Below, piece by piece: positions 1 through 9,805 of a DNA stretch of 64,000 nt. The DNA is taken from assembly GCA_965221125.1 (NCBI GenBank), contig CBDCRW010000005.1:608001-672000 (forward strand), written 5' to 3'. The notes beneath the pieces are model-generated. The model ran no database searches and was not told the origin of the DNA. It saw nothing but the letters and a program-made list of their open reading frames with translations. Each line of letters begins with the position of its first letter. Position 1 is the first letter of the stretch. A program made the translations under genes and the position numbers. The DNA comes from Alphaproteobacteria bacterium (GTDB lineage Bacteria > Pseudomonadota > Alphaproteobacteria > UBA828).

Positions 1-486
1 GACAAGCTGGTGCTCTGCCTCATCCACGGCTATGCCGTGGGCGGCGGCCTGCAGCTCGCGCTCGCCTGCGACATCCGCGTCTGCACGCCCTCCGCCCGGC
101 TCGGCCTGCCCGCGATCAAGGAGGGGCTGATTCCCGGCCTCGGCACCTTCCGCCTCGCGCGTTACGTCGGGCTCGGCCGCGCCAAGTCGCTCATCATCCG
201 CGGCAACATGATCGACGGCACCGAGGCCGAGCGCATCGGCATGGTCGATCACCTGGTCGCCGAGGAAACCGCGTTCGAGGACTACGAGGCCTATCTCGCC
301 GAGTACGCGTCAACCAACTCCGCCGGCTGCCGGGCGTCGAAGCAGATGCTGCTCGACTGCTTCGACCTCGGCTGGCAGGGCTTCTTTCACAAGTACCTGG
401 TGCTGCAGAACAAGGCCATGGCCGCGCCCGACTTCGCCGAGGCGATGGAGGCCTACCTGGCCGGCCGCGATCCCCGCTGGGAGTAG
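1..486 (+). CDS. Enoyl-CoA hydratase/isomerase (crotonase) family protein, 5' end outside window
   Basis: Open frame from base 1; IHGYAVGGGLQLALACDIR and GLIPGLG crotonase motifs. Confidence 0.85.
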   Translation, partial: DKLVLCLIHGYAVGGGLQLALACDIRVCTPSARLGLPAIKEGLIPGLGTFRLARYVGLGRAKSLIIRGNMIDGTEAERIGMVDHLVAEETAFEDYEAYLAEYASTNSAGCRASKQMLLDCFDLGWQGFFHKYLVLQNKAMAAPDFAEAMEAYLAGRDPRWE

Positions 487-545
487 GGCGCGTCCATCGT
501 CACCCTGATTTCGGTAGTGGAAACTGCGGCTCTAGCCGATCCAGA

Positions 546-1031
546 TCACGATTCGAGGGCCAGGTCGGCGGGCGAGATCAACACGCCGAACTGCACGCAC
601 CAGATGACCACGCTCGGGTAGTCGTTCAGGTCCACGCCCTTCGGTATGGGGTATTTCTGGCTGCCCTCGAAGGCGCGCAACTTGCCGAGATCGATGTACA
701 TCGTTCCCTTGACGTCCGAGGATTCGCGGACTTCTTCCTGGGGCACGAGGTAGACGTGAAACGCGGGCCCCGGCCCGACTTTGAAATCCTCTTCGAGGAA
801 CACGAGGTCCTCGTAAACCGTGACGTTTCCTTCTCCATAATGGATGGGATCGGAGGGATTCGCGTGAATGAAGGTGCCGCGCGCGAGCACCTCGGTCTGC
901 TCCTCGGCGGTGAGGGTTTCCATCGCGGGCGGCGGCGGAAACACGTAGGGAAAGATGAAAAACCCGACGGCGACGCCGAAGGCCGTACCCATGACCCCAC
1001 CAATGAAGAACGCGATAATCCATTTCCGCAT
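546..1031 (-). CDS. Membrane-anchored DM13 domain protein
   Basis: GGAGG RBS before MRKWII; hydrophobic N-terminus; GPGPAFHVYL, IDLGKLRAFEGSQKYPIP, VVIWC match DM13. Confidence 0.75.
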   Translation of the reverse strand: MRKWIIAFFIGGVMGTAFGVAVGFFIFPYVFPPPPAMETLTAEEQTEVLARGTFIHANPSDPIHYGEGNVTVYEDLVFLEEDFKVGPGPAFHVYLVPQEEVRESSDVKGTMYIDLGKLRAFEGSQKYPIPKGVDLNDYPSVVIWCVQFGVLISPADLALES

Positions 1032-1534
1032 CGCCACCTCCTTCAGCGTGACGGGCTGCAACCCCGTCCACATTAGTTGCAACAAAGGGCCGGGAATAAC
1101 GGACTGCAACATGCGACTTTCGCAAACGAAACCGTCCGGAGAACAACCTCAACCGCGTGCTTTGACACTACCTTAGACAGTAGTTGCGCGGATTGACCCT
1201 TTCAAGGGGCGACGCCCGGCGTGGTCCGAATCACCAATGGCGGGATGCTGCCGCGCAAGGCTCGCACAGCCTCGCCGCCCGCAGCCGCCCGCTTCGGTTC
1301 CCGTCTACGTAACCCGGTTGGGGGTGGGCGGTCGACGCCAACGCCGAGCCGCGATAGGCGGCGCACGTGCCCCACGTTGATCATGCGCAGGTAAAGGTGC
1401 GGTGTTATCATCAATGCAGGTCACGCAGACCGGGACACCCTTTTTTTGGAACTGCCGGCGCACGCAATGACGGCGGCGGCTGCGCCCGAACCGGCTAAGC
1501 GGTTTGCGGCGCCACACCAAGGGGAGGAACAACG

Positions 1535-2737
1535 ATGAGCAAGAACAGGACCGATACGAAATCGCAGCCGACGAAGCGCCGTGTATCGCGGCGCGGCGTG
1601 CTCAAGGGCGCGGCCGCGGCAGCGGTCGCCGGCTTCACCTGGAAGAGCACCGGCCCCTTCGTGCGGAACGCGGAGGCGGCAACGCTGGAGCTGCGCTGGC
1701 TCGGCTGGGAGCACTACAACGTCAAGAGCCTGACCGCAGAGTTCGAGGCCCGGCACGACGTCAAGGTCAGCGCCGGCTTCTTCGACGGCAACTCCGAAGC
1801 CTGGAACAAGCTCCGGGCCGGCGGCACCCAGGACTTCGACCTGGTGATGGCGGACGGGTTCTGGCCGCGCCTCTACGCCAAGCAGGGGCTGGTGCAGGCG
1901 GTCGACTACTCGAAGCTCGACCTCAGCAACGTGTTCGACGACTTCGTGCCGCCCAAGTTCACGCTGCTCCGCGCGGAGGACAGCGAGGACATGATCGCCG
2001 CACCCAACTGCTGGGGCGGCTACGGGTTCACGGTCAACATGGACAAGGTCGCGGCCGAGGATCAGGAATCGGTGAACCTGCTCTTCAACGAGAAGTACGA
2101 CGGCCACCTCTCCACCAGCGCCCGCTTCGAGGAGAACATCGCGCTCGCCGGCATCCTTGCCGCCCACAACATGGGCACGAAGGACGGCCCCCGGCCCGAC
2201 GGCAAGAGCTTCAACCCCTACGTGCTCTCGGACGAGGAGCTTGAGGAGTGCAAGCGCCTCCTGATCAAGCAGAAGCCGCTGCTGGTCAACCGCTGGAACG
2301 ACGAGGACACGCTTGAGCGCCTGCTGCGCGCGCAGGTGGTGTGGGCCTCGCCGGAGTGGTCCGGCATCTACCGGCGCATTCACTTCGACAAGCTGGACGG
2401 AAAGTCCGACCTCAACATGCGCCACGTCCTCAAGCCCACGGAAGGCGGCCTCGGCTGGGTGGACCAGTGGTCCATCACGTCCGGCGTGACCGACAGCGAG
2501 AAGATGGAGATCGCGCACAAGTGGATCGACTTCCGGCTCGAGCGCGAGAGCATGAAGACCGTGGCGGTCGAGATCGGCTGGGCGCCCACGGTCGACGTTC
2601 GCGACATGCTCGACGATCGCTACGTCGACACCCTCTTCCTCAACGAGACCGAGGCGATCCACGGCCTCTACCAGTTCGACGCGCCGTCCTCGCCCGAGAA
2701 GTGGGAGCGCATCTGGTCGGCAGTGGAAGCGGCCTAG
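1535..2737 (+). CDS. ABC transporter substrate-binding protein, PotD/PotF-like, Tat signal
   Basis: SRRGVLKG twin-arginine motif; PTEGGLGWVDQW; heads an ATPase + two permease operon. Confidence 0.85.
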   Translation: MSKNRTDTKSQPTKRRVSRRGVLKGAAAAAVAGFTWKSTGPFVRNAEAATLELRWLGWEHYNVKSLTAEFEARHDVKVSAGFFDGNSEAWNKLRAGGTQDFDLVMADGFWPRLYAKQGLVQAVDYSKLDLSNVFDDFVPPKFTLLRAEDSEDMIAAPNCWGGYGFTVNMDKVAAEDQESVNLLFNEKYDGHLSTSARFEENIALAGILAAHNMGTKDGPRPDGKSFNPYVLSDEELEECKRLLIKQKPLLVNRWNDEDTLERLLRAQVVWASPEWSGIYRRIHFDKLDGKSDLNMRHVLKPTEGGLGWVDQWSITSGVTDSEKMEIAHKWIDFRLERESMKTVAVEIGWAPTVDVRDMLDDRYVDTLFLNETEAIHGLYQFDAPSSPEKWERIWSAVEAA

Positions 2738-2764
2738 CCCTGACGACCGGGCAACCTGAGCAGG

Positions 2765-2794
2765 GAGGGATCGGACCTCACGGTCCGGTCCCTC
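2765..2794 (+). terminator. Intercistronic hairpin after the binding-protein gene (attenuator or mRNA stabiliser)
   Basis: GAGGGATCGGACC-TCAC-GGTCCGGTCCCTC, 13-bp stem with one G-U, followed by TTT. Confidence 0.55.
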
Positions 2795-2881
2795 TTTCAG
2801 GGCGCTGAGGTTGGTCTTGCGCAGACGAGGCCGGCAGCCGACGCTTGCGGCAGCGGCGCGGATGCCGGGGCTGCGGGCGCG

Positions 2882-3976
2882 ATGACCGATCAGCCAATCC
2901 TGCGTATCGAGGCGGTCGAGAAGCGCTTCGGTACGGTCCGCGCGGTCGACGGCGTGAGCCTCGAGGTCGGCCGGGGCGAGTTCTTCGCGCTGCTCGGGCC
3001 GAGCGGCTCGGGCAAGACCACGCTGCTCCGCATCGTCTCCGGCCTGGAAGCGCCCGATGGCGGCCGGGTGGAGATCGGCGGCGTCGACGTGACGGCGCTG
3101 CCGCCCTATCTGCGGCGCATCGGCATGGTGTTCCAGGATTTCCTCCTCTTCCCGCACCGCACGGTCGCCGAGAACATCACCTTCCCCCTCAAGATGCAGG
3201 GCCGCAGCCGGGCCGAGCGCGAGGAGCAGCTCGACTGGATCCTGGGCTTCGTCCACATGGAAGGGCTCGGCGACCGCTTCCCGCATCAGCTCTCCGGCGG
3301 CCAGAAGCAGCGCGTGGCACTCGCGCGGGGGCTGATCGCACGGCCCGAGCTTCTCCTGCTCGACGAGCCGCTGGCCAATCTCGACCGCGAGCTCCGCAAG
3401 GAGATGGAGATCGAGGTGCGCCGCTACCAGGAGGAGCTCGGCATTCCCTTCGTCTACGTGACGCACAACCAGGAAGAAGCGCTCACCATGAGCGACCGCA
3501 TGGCGGTGATGCAGCAGGGCGTCCTGGAGCAGATCGGGCCGAAGCTCGACGTCTACAACGCGCCTGCCACGCGCTTCGTCGCCTCGTTCGTGGGGGCGCC
3601 CAACAAGCTCGCAGGCCGCGTGATCGAGGGCGACGGCGAACGTATGCGTATCGATTGGGGCGGCATCGCGCTCACCGGTCGCGGCGCGAGCGGCGCCCGG
3701 CCCGACGATCCGGTGGAGCTGTTCATCAAGAGCGAGCGGATCGTGCTCGGCCCCGCGGCGGAGAGCATCGAACACGAGAACCGGTTCGAGGGGACGGTGC
3801 GGGACATCATCTTCAAGGGCCAGTTCGCCGATTACATCGTCCGCGCCGACAACGACGTCGAGCTGGTCGTGAGCGGGCCGCCCAGCATCGCGGGCGTGGA
3901 TCGCAATTCCCGCGTGAGCCTGGGCTGGGCCGTCGATGCGGCCGACGTGTTCACGGTCGGGGACAGCGAGCCGTGA
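2882..3976 (+). CDS. ABC transporter ATP-binding protein, PotA-like
   Basis: GPSGSGKT, LSGGQKQR, LLLDEP; TOBE-like C-terminus. Confidence 0.93.
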   Translation: MTDQPILRIEAVEKRFGTVRAVDGVSLEVGRGEFFALLGPSGSGKTTLLRIVSGLEAPDGGRVEIGGVDVTALPPYLRRIGMVFQDFLLFPHRTVAENITFPLKMQGRSRAEREEQLDWILGFVHMEGLGDRFPHQLSGGQKQRVALARGLIARPELLLLDEPLANLDRELRKEMEIEVRRYQEELGIPFVYVTHNQEEALTMSDRMAVMQQGVLEQIGPKLDVYNAPATRFVASFVGAPNKLAGRVIEGDGERMRIDWGGIALTGRGASGARPDDPVELFIKSERIVLGPAAESIEHENRFEGTVRDIIFKGQFADYIVRADNDVELVVSGPPSIAGVDRNSRVSLGWAVDAADVFTVGDSEP

Positions 3977-4854
3977 CGGCGCGCCGCGCCCTGCATCTCG
4001 ACCCGCGCGTGCGCTTTGCCGCGCTGGTGGGGCCGGGCGCCCTCTTCATCGTCCTCTTCCTGCTGATTCCGCTGCTCTCGATCCTGGTCTTCAGCTTCTG
4101 GCGGACCGAAAGCTACGAGCTGATCGACGACTGGAACGTGAACAACTACGCGTCGGTTCTCGGCGAGTGGATCTACCTCAAGTTCCTGCTGCGCTCGCTC
4201 CTCATGGCCGCCGCGGTCTCCGCCGTCTGCCTCGCGTACGCCTGGCCCTGCGCCTACCTGATCGCCAAGCACGGCGGGCGCTACCGCCTGATCCTCGTGC
4301 TGCTCACGGCGGCGCCGTTTCTCACCGGCATCCTGCTGCGCATCACCGCCATGCAGCAGATCCTGGGACCCATCGGGCTGGTCAACATGGCGCTGATGGA
4401 GCTCGGACTGCCCCCGGTCGAAGTGCTCATGTACACCAACGTCGCGAGCGCGGTCGGTCTGATCTACCTGTGGATCCCTTTCATGCTGCTCGCCATCTAC
4501 CTCTCGCTCTTCAACTTCAATTTCGAGTTGCTGGAGGTGGCGAAGGTGAACGGCGCACGGCCGTGGCGGGCGTTTCTCGAAATCACCTGGCCACTCAATT
4601 GGATCGGGACGGCCATCGGCATCGTCCTCGTCTTCATTCCCACCTTCGCCGCCTCGGTGACGCCGCGCTTCCTGGGCGGCACCGACGGCGCGATGTTCGT
4701 CAACCGTCTCGAGCACCAGTTTGGCTCGGCCGGCACGTGGGCGCTGGGCTCGGCGATGGGGGTGGTGATGTGCGTGGCCTCGCTCGTGGTCACCTTCATG
4801 CTCTGGCGAACGATCCGGCTGCGGCGCGCAGGCTTCACGGGCGCGGGGGCCTGA
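3973..4854 (+). CDS. ABC transporter permease, PotB-like
   Basis: GTG start overlaps ATPase stop (GTGA); multiple TM segments; LLEVAKVNGA EAA-like loop. Confidence 0.88.
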   Translation: MTARRALHLDPRVRFAALVGPGALFIVLFLLIPLLSILVFSFWRTESYELIDDWNVNNYASVLGEWIYLKFLLRSLLMAAAVSAVCLAYAWPCAYLIAKHGGRYRLILVLLTAAPFLTGILLRITAMQQILGPIGLVNMALMELGLPPVEVLMYTNVASAVGLIYLWIPFMLLAIYLSLFNFNFELLEVAKVNGARPWRAFLEITWPLNWIGTAIGIVLVFIPTFAASVTPRFLGGTDGAMFVNRLEHQFGSAGTWALGSAMGVVMCVASLVVTFMLWRTIRLRRAGFTGAGA

Positions 4855-4855
4855 G

Positions 4856-5674
4856 ATGGCCGCGGTGAACCCCGGCGAGCGCTTCGTGGTCGGTGGCCAG
4901 ACCGTTCTGCTGTTGGCGCTCTACCTCTTTCTCTACTTCCCGATCTTCTACATCGGCTACCTCTCGGTCACGGAGAACACCGTGTGGCCGTTCCCGCCGC
5001 TGTTCACCGGCGAATGGTACGGCCGCCTCATGATCATGAGCGACTTCCACACGGGCCTGGTGAACAGCGTGCTCATCGGGGCCGGCACCGCCGTGCTGTC
5101 GACGCTCTTCGCCACGACCGCGGCGATCGGGATTCTGCGCTACCCGCTGCGCCGCCGCGGGTTCGTCGTCGTCCTGTTTCTCGCGCCCCTCTTCATCGCC
5201 CAGATCCTCATCGGCATCTCGACGCTGATGTTCAACCGCAACGTCCTTGGCATCCCCGGCAACATCGAATCGGCGATCGTGGCCAACACGACCTACAGCG
5301 TCTCCTTCGCCTTCCTCGTGATCCTGGCGCAGCTCGTGCGCTACGACTGGCGCTTCGACGAGGTCGCCCAGGTGTTCGGCGCGCGCCCGTTCCGCTGCTT
5401 CCGCGAGGTCACGTTCCCCAACATCTGGCCGGCCGTGCTCGGCGCCTTCATCATCAGCTTCATCCTCGGCTTCAACAATTTCGAGATCACCTTCTACAAC
5501 GTGGCCGCCATCCCGACGCTCCCCACCATCGCCTGGGGCACGCTGCGCCACGGCATCGAGCCGGAGCTCTATGCGCTGGCCACCATCGTCAACGCGCTGG
5601 TCTTCGTCCTTCTGTTCGTGATCTACCTGCTGATCCGCGTCGGCGCGCTCCGCCTCGGCGTCCCTGACGATTGA
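4856..5674 (+). CDS. ABC transporter permease, PotC-like
   Basis: TM segments; FDEVAQVFGA EAA-like loop; TLPT motif. Confidence 0.88.
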   Translation: MAAVNPGERFVVGGQTVLLLALYLFLYFPIFYIGYLSVTENTVWPFPPLFTGEWYGRLMIMSDFHTGLVNSVLIGAGTAVLSTLFATTAAIGILRYPLRRRGFVVVLFLAPLFIAQILIGISTLMFNRNVLGIPGNIESAIVANTTYSVSFAFLVILAQLVRYDWRFDEVAQVFGARPFRCFREVTFPNIWPAVLGAFIISFILGFNNFEITFYNVAAIPTLPTIAWGTLRHGIEPELYALATIVNALVFVLLFVIYLLIRVGALRLGVPDD

Positions 5675-5689
5675 AATCCCGGCCGGCGG

Positions 5690-6808
5690 CTACGCCTGCA
5701 CCCGATAGTCGCGGATGACGTCAGGGTCGGGCTCGGCGCCGAGGCCGGGGCCGGTGGGGATGCGGAAGCGGCCGTTCTCGTCCGGGTCGACGAACCCCGG
5801 ATAGAGCGTCGCCTCGAGCCGCGTGTAGAAGCGCTCGGCCCAGCCGCCGCCGGGGCGGCCGGTGAGCGGCATCGCGCCCAAGAGCTGCAGCGTCGCGAGC
5901 CAGCCGGGGCCGAAGTAGGGCGAATGCGGCATCACGGTCACGCTGTAGCCCTCCGCCACGGCCAGCACCTTGAGGAACTCGGTGATGCCGCCCACCTTGG
6001 TCACGCTCGGCTGCGCGTAGCGCACGGCGCCGGCGTCGAGCATGCGGCGGAACTCGAAGGCGGTGCACGCGTTCTCGCCACAGGCGAGGTCGATGCCCGA
6101 TTCCTGCTGCAGCCGCGCCAGCGCCGCAAAATCCTCGGGCGGGAAGATGGGCTCCTCCAGCCAGTGGAGGTCGTAGGGCTTGAGCCGCGCCACCATCGCG
6201 CGCGCCTCGGCCGGGGTCCATGGGCAGTTGGTGTCCGTGCACAGCGGCATGTCCGGCCCCATCGCCTCGCGCGCGGCCGCGATCTCGGCCTCGCCCGTCT
6301 CGTGCAGCTTGATGGCGGGGTAGCCGTCCTCCACCGCATCGCGCACGGTCTTGGCGACCAGTTCGCGATCCCGGTACTTGAGCAGGCTCGCGTAGCCCGG
6401 CACGAGAGGCGGCGTGGCCGGCCCGCCGAGGAGCTGGCCGAGCGGCCGCCCCGCCCGCTTGCCCGCGAGGTCCCAGAGCGCGATGTCGATGGCGGAGATC
6501 GCGAACATGGTGATGCCGTAGCGGCCGAAGAGGTGGAGCGCCTGCTGGAGGTCGCGGTTGATCGCCGCGATGTCCGTGGCGTCGCGGCCGATCGCGATGG
6601 GCGCCACCGTCGCATCGACGGCCGCCTTCAGCGCCGGCATGCAGTTGTAGCTGAAGCCTTCGCCCCAGCCGGTGGCGCCGTCCTCGGTCTCGATGCGGAC
6701 CAGGAGGATCGTGAGCCCCTGCCACGCCTGCCCACCCCAGGCCGGCGGCGGCCCGCCGTGATCGTGCGGGATGGCGAGGGGGATGGTCTCGATGCGGGTG
6801 ATCTTCAT
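5690..6808 (-). CDS. Mandelate racemase/muconate lactonizing enzyme (enolase superfamily)
   Basis: MKITRIETIP start; AIDIALWDL; DTN/EEP/GEN metal ligands; K-x-H; PTGPGLG. Confidence 0.9.
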   Translation of the reverse strand: MKITRIETIPLAIPHDHGGPPPAWGGQAWQGLTILLVRIETEDGATGWGEGFSYNCMPALKAAVDATVAPIAIGRDATDIAAINRDLQQALHLFGRYGITMFAISAIDIALWDLAGKRAGRPLGQLLGGPATPPLVPGYASLLKYRDRELVAKTVRDAVEDGYPAIKLHETGEAEIAAAREAMGPDMPLCTDTNCPWTPAEARAMVARLKPYDLHWLEEPIFPPEDFAALARLQQESGIDLACGENACTAFEFRRMLDAGAVRYAQPSVTKVGGITEFLKVLAVAEGYSVTVMPHSPYFGPGWLATLQLLGAMPLTGRPGGGWAERFYTRLEATLYPGFVDPDENGRFRIPTGPGLGAEPDPDVIRDYRVQA

Positions 6809-6842
6809 GGGTGTTTTCCGATGGCGGTGTGGCAACGCTAAA

Positions 6843-7559
6843 TCAAGGAAGGTCGCCGACCAGGTCGCGGATGTGGCCGGGCGGCGGTGGTGGCAGCGCG
6901 ATGTCGAAGCGGCGTTTCAACGCGTCGGCGATGAGCTCGAAGCAGGCGCCGTAGCGGACGACCTCGAACGTCTGCAGGTCGAGCAGCGTCGATGAGGCGC
7001 GGTACAGGTGATAGAGGCGGAGCCCGTGGTCGATGACGATGTCGGCGATGGCCATCAGCTCCGGCTCGATGTCGTCGACGCGGAACTTCGTGCCGGAGAG
7101 CGAAAGGTTGGCGGACGAGCCGAACAGCGGGTGCTGCGCCTCGCGGCTGAGCCGCGTGATCGCCGCGTGGAAAGGGCCCGCGTTGAGCAGCATCAGCACG
7201 GTGCCGGCGCTGGTGGAGGCTTCGAGCGCCGCCGGCTCCATCCCGGCGAGAATGGGGTGGTCCATGCGCGCGGGCGCGATGGCGCCGAGCGGCAGGTCGT
7301 AGTCCTCGATCAGGGTGCTGGCGACGTCCCACCCCCTCTGGTCGAGGACGTGCAGCGCGCGGTGCAGGGCCATGTCGCCCAGCATCGCGTTCAGCTTCGC
7401 GGGCGCGCGCCGCTTGGTCTCGAAGATCGTCTTCAGCGCCGCCGCCGACCCGCCGATGGCGGAATAGCCGACGCTCATGGGCAGGATGGCGATCCCGCCC
7501 CGTTCGAGGACGGCGAAGGCCCGCTCGGCATCGCGCCCGACGTCCGGTCTGCCTGTCAC
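6843..7559 (-). CDS. Sua5/YciO/YrdC-family paralog
   Basis: GGIAILP, IFETKRR, SSANLS, SSTLLDL, VRYGA; canonical PTETVYG replaced by PMSVGYS. Confidence 0.7.
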   Translation of the reverse strand: MTGRPDVGRDAERAFAVLERGGIAILPMSVGYSAIGGSAAALKTIFETKRRAPAKLNAMLGDMALHRALHVLDQRGWDVASTLIEDYDLPLGAIAPARMDHPILAGMEPAALEASTSAGTVLMLLNAGPFHAAITRLSREAQHPLFGSSANLSLSGTKFRVDDIEPELMAIADIVIDHGLRLYHLYRASSTLLDLQTFEVVRYGACFELIADALKRRFDIALPPPPPGHIRDLVGDLP

Positions 7560-7614
7560 GTTCGGGATTCCCTCCTGCTTCGCGCGCCCCCGGCTGCCGT
7601 GCGCGAGACGTGCT

Positions 7615-7647
7615 TAGAGCGTTTCCGTGAAAAAGGGAAACGCTCTA
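7615..7647. repeat. 33-bp TA-bounded palindrome (REP/MITE-like), copy 1
   Basis: TAGAGCGTTTCC-9 nt-GGAAACGCTCTA, perfect 12-bp inverted repeat. Confidence 0.75.
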
Positions 7648-7682
7648 GTATCCGCCGCACCCTCAGTATCCGCCGCGCCTTC
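7647..7682. repeat. 18-bp tandem direct repeat x2
   Basis: AGTATCCGCCGCACCCTC / AGTATCCGCCGCGCCTTC (16/18 identical). Confidence 0.7.
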
Positions 7683-7744
7683 AACCGGGAGAGCACGATG
7701 ACCCCGTCCACCATCCCCGTCGGCAAGCGCGCGCCAAGGCACGC

Positions 7745-9766
7745 ATGAACGACGCGGTCAGGGTGGGGGTCGAGGTCGGCGGCACGTTCACCGATCTCGT
7801 CGCGTTCGAGGGCGGCGGCGTGCGCATCACCAAGGTGCCGAGCACGCCGCAGGCGCCGCACCGGGGCGCCGTCGCCGCGCTCGACGAGTCCGGTCTGCCG
7901 CTCAGCGCCGCCGGCGATCTCGTGCACGGCTCGACCGTCGCCACCAACGCGGTGCTCGAGCGCAAGGGCGCAAAGGTGGCGTTCTTCGCCACCGAGGGCT
8001 TCCGCGACCTGCTTTCCCTGCAGCGCCAGAGCCGGCGCTCCATCTACGACATCCATTACCGCAAGCCCGAGCCGGTGGTGCTGCGCCGCGATACCTTCGA
8101 GATCCCCGAACGCGTGGGCCCGGACGGCGAGGTGGTCATCGCCCTGGATGAGGCGGCCGCGCGGCACCGCATCGCCCAGACGTTGCAGGGCGGCGGCTAC
8201 GAATCCGTCGCGATCTGCTTTCTCAACAGCTACGCGAACCCCGCGCACGAGCGGCGTGTGGCGGCGATGATCGCCGAGCGCTTCCCCGGCGTCGGCATCA
8301 CGTGCTCCTGCGACGTGACCCGCGAGTTCCGCGAATACGAGCGCGCGTCCACCACCGTGCTCGCGGCCTACGTGCAGCCCGTCATCGACCGCTACCTGGG
8401 CGCGTTCGCGCGCGCGTTGGGCGAGCGCGGGTTCGAGGGCCGCTTCAGCCTGATGCAGTCCAACGGCGGCCGGCTGCCCGCCCGCGGCATGGCCGGCAAT
8501 GCCATCACCTCGCTCTACTCCGGGCCGGCGGCGGGCGTGATGGGCGCGATCCGCCAGGCGGAGCGCTCCGGCTACCGCGACCTCATCACCTTCGACATGG
8601 GCGGCACGAGCACGGACGTCTGCCTCGTGCGGGACGGCACGCCGGTGCTCACCAGCGACGCCGAGATCGACGGCCTGCCCATCCGCATTCCCGTGCTCGA
8701 CATCGTGACGGTGGGCGCGGGCGGCGGCTCGATCGTGTGGCGGGACGACGGCGGCATGCTCCGGGTCGGCCCGCGCTCGGCCGGCGCCGAGCCCGGCCCC
8801 GCCTGCTACCGGCGGGGCGGCGCCGACCCCACGATCACCGACGCTCACCTGATCCGCGGCACCGTGCTCGCCGACACCTTCCTCGGCGGGCGCATGGACG
8901 TGGATCCTGACCTCGCCCGCAGCGCCTTCGCCGCGCTGGCAGAGCAGTTCGGCCGCAGCGTCGAGCAGGTCGCCGACGACGCGGTGCGGGTGGCCGAGCA
9001 CAACATCATCCGCGCGATCCAGCTCGTCTCGACCGAGCGGGGGCGGGACCCGCGCGACTACGTGCTGGTCCCCTTCGGCGGCGCGGGGCCGCTCCACGCG
9101 GCACGGGTCGCAGACGTGCTCGGCATCGCCACCATCGTCATTCCGCCGGCGGCCGGCGTGCTCTCCGCCTTCGGCCTCGTCGCCTCGGACTTCGTGCGCT
9201 ATGCGAGCCGCACGGCGCGCTTTGCCCTCGACGAGAGGGGTGTCGCCGCGCGCGTCCGCGCGCAGTTCGCGGCCATGCGGGCGGACGCCGAGGCCGCTTT
9301 CGCGGCGCTCGGGCTCACCGGCGGCCTCCGCTGCACCCACACGCTCGAGATGCGCTACGTGGGGCAGGCCTTCGAGGTCCCGATCCAGCTCGGCGAGGAC
9401 GAGATCGCGCGGCTCGACGCGGCCCACCTCCGCGAGCGCTTCAACGAGGCGCATCACCGCATCTTCGAGTTCGACGATTCGCGCACCAACCGGCCGGAGA
9501 TCGTCTCCTTCCGGCTCGGCATCGCGTCGCCGCCCCCGGCCGTGCCTCAGCTCACGGGGACGGACGACGCACCGCATGAGGCCGCCGTCACGCTCTTCGA
9601 TGGCGGCACTGAGCTGGAGGCCCGCAGGCTCAATCGCCGCGCGCTGCTCGAGGCCGGCGCCAGCAAAGGACCGCTGCTCGTCGCCGACGAGACCTCCACG
9701 GCCTACGTCCCGCCGGGATGGCGTGCGCGCATGGATGCGCACCATAATGTCATCCTGAGCCGCTGA
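7745..9766 (+). CDS. Hydantoinase/oxoprolinase family subunit A
   Basis: EVGGTFTD, HGSTVATNA, SGPAAG, DMGGTSTD, GAGGGS, FGGAGPLH. Confidence 0.93.
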   Translation: MNDAVRVGVEVGGTFTDLVAFEGGGVRITKVPSTPQAPHRGAVAALDESGLPLSAAGDLVHGSTVATNAVLERKGAKVAFFATEGFRDLLSLQRQSRRSIYDIHYRKPEPVVLRRDTFEIPERVGPDGEVVIALDEAAARHRIAQTLQGGGYESVAICFLNSYANPAHERRVAAMIAERFPGVGITCSCDVTREFREYERASTTVLAAYVQPVIDRYLGAFARALGERGFEGRFSLMQSNGGRLPARGMAGNAITSLYSGPAAGVMGAIRQAERSGYRDLITFDMGGTSTDVCLVRDGTPVLTSDAEIDGLPIRIPVLDIVTVGAGGGSIVWRDDGGMLRVGPRSAGAEPGPACYRRGGADPTITDAHLIRGTVLADTFLGGRMDVDPDLARSAFAALAEQFGRSVEQVADDAVRVAEHNIIRAIQLVSTERGRDPRDYVLVPFGGAGPLHAARVADVLGIATIVIPPAAGVLSAFGLVASDFVRYASRTARFALDERGVAARVRAQFAAMRADAEAAFAALGLTGGLRCTHTLEMRYVGQAFEVPIQLGEDEIARLDAAHLRERFNEAHHRIFEFDDSRTNRPEIVSFRLGIASPPPAVPQLTGTDDAPHEAAVTLFDGGTELEARRLNRRALLEAGASKGPLLVADETSTAYVPPGWRARMDAHHNVILSR

Positions 9767-9805
9767 GCGCGGAGCGGAGAGCCAGGAGCCGCGAGGGGAG
9801 GGACC

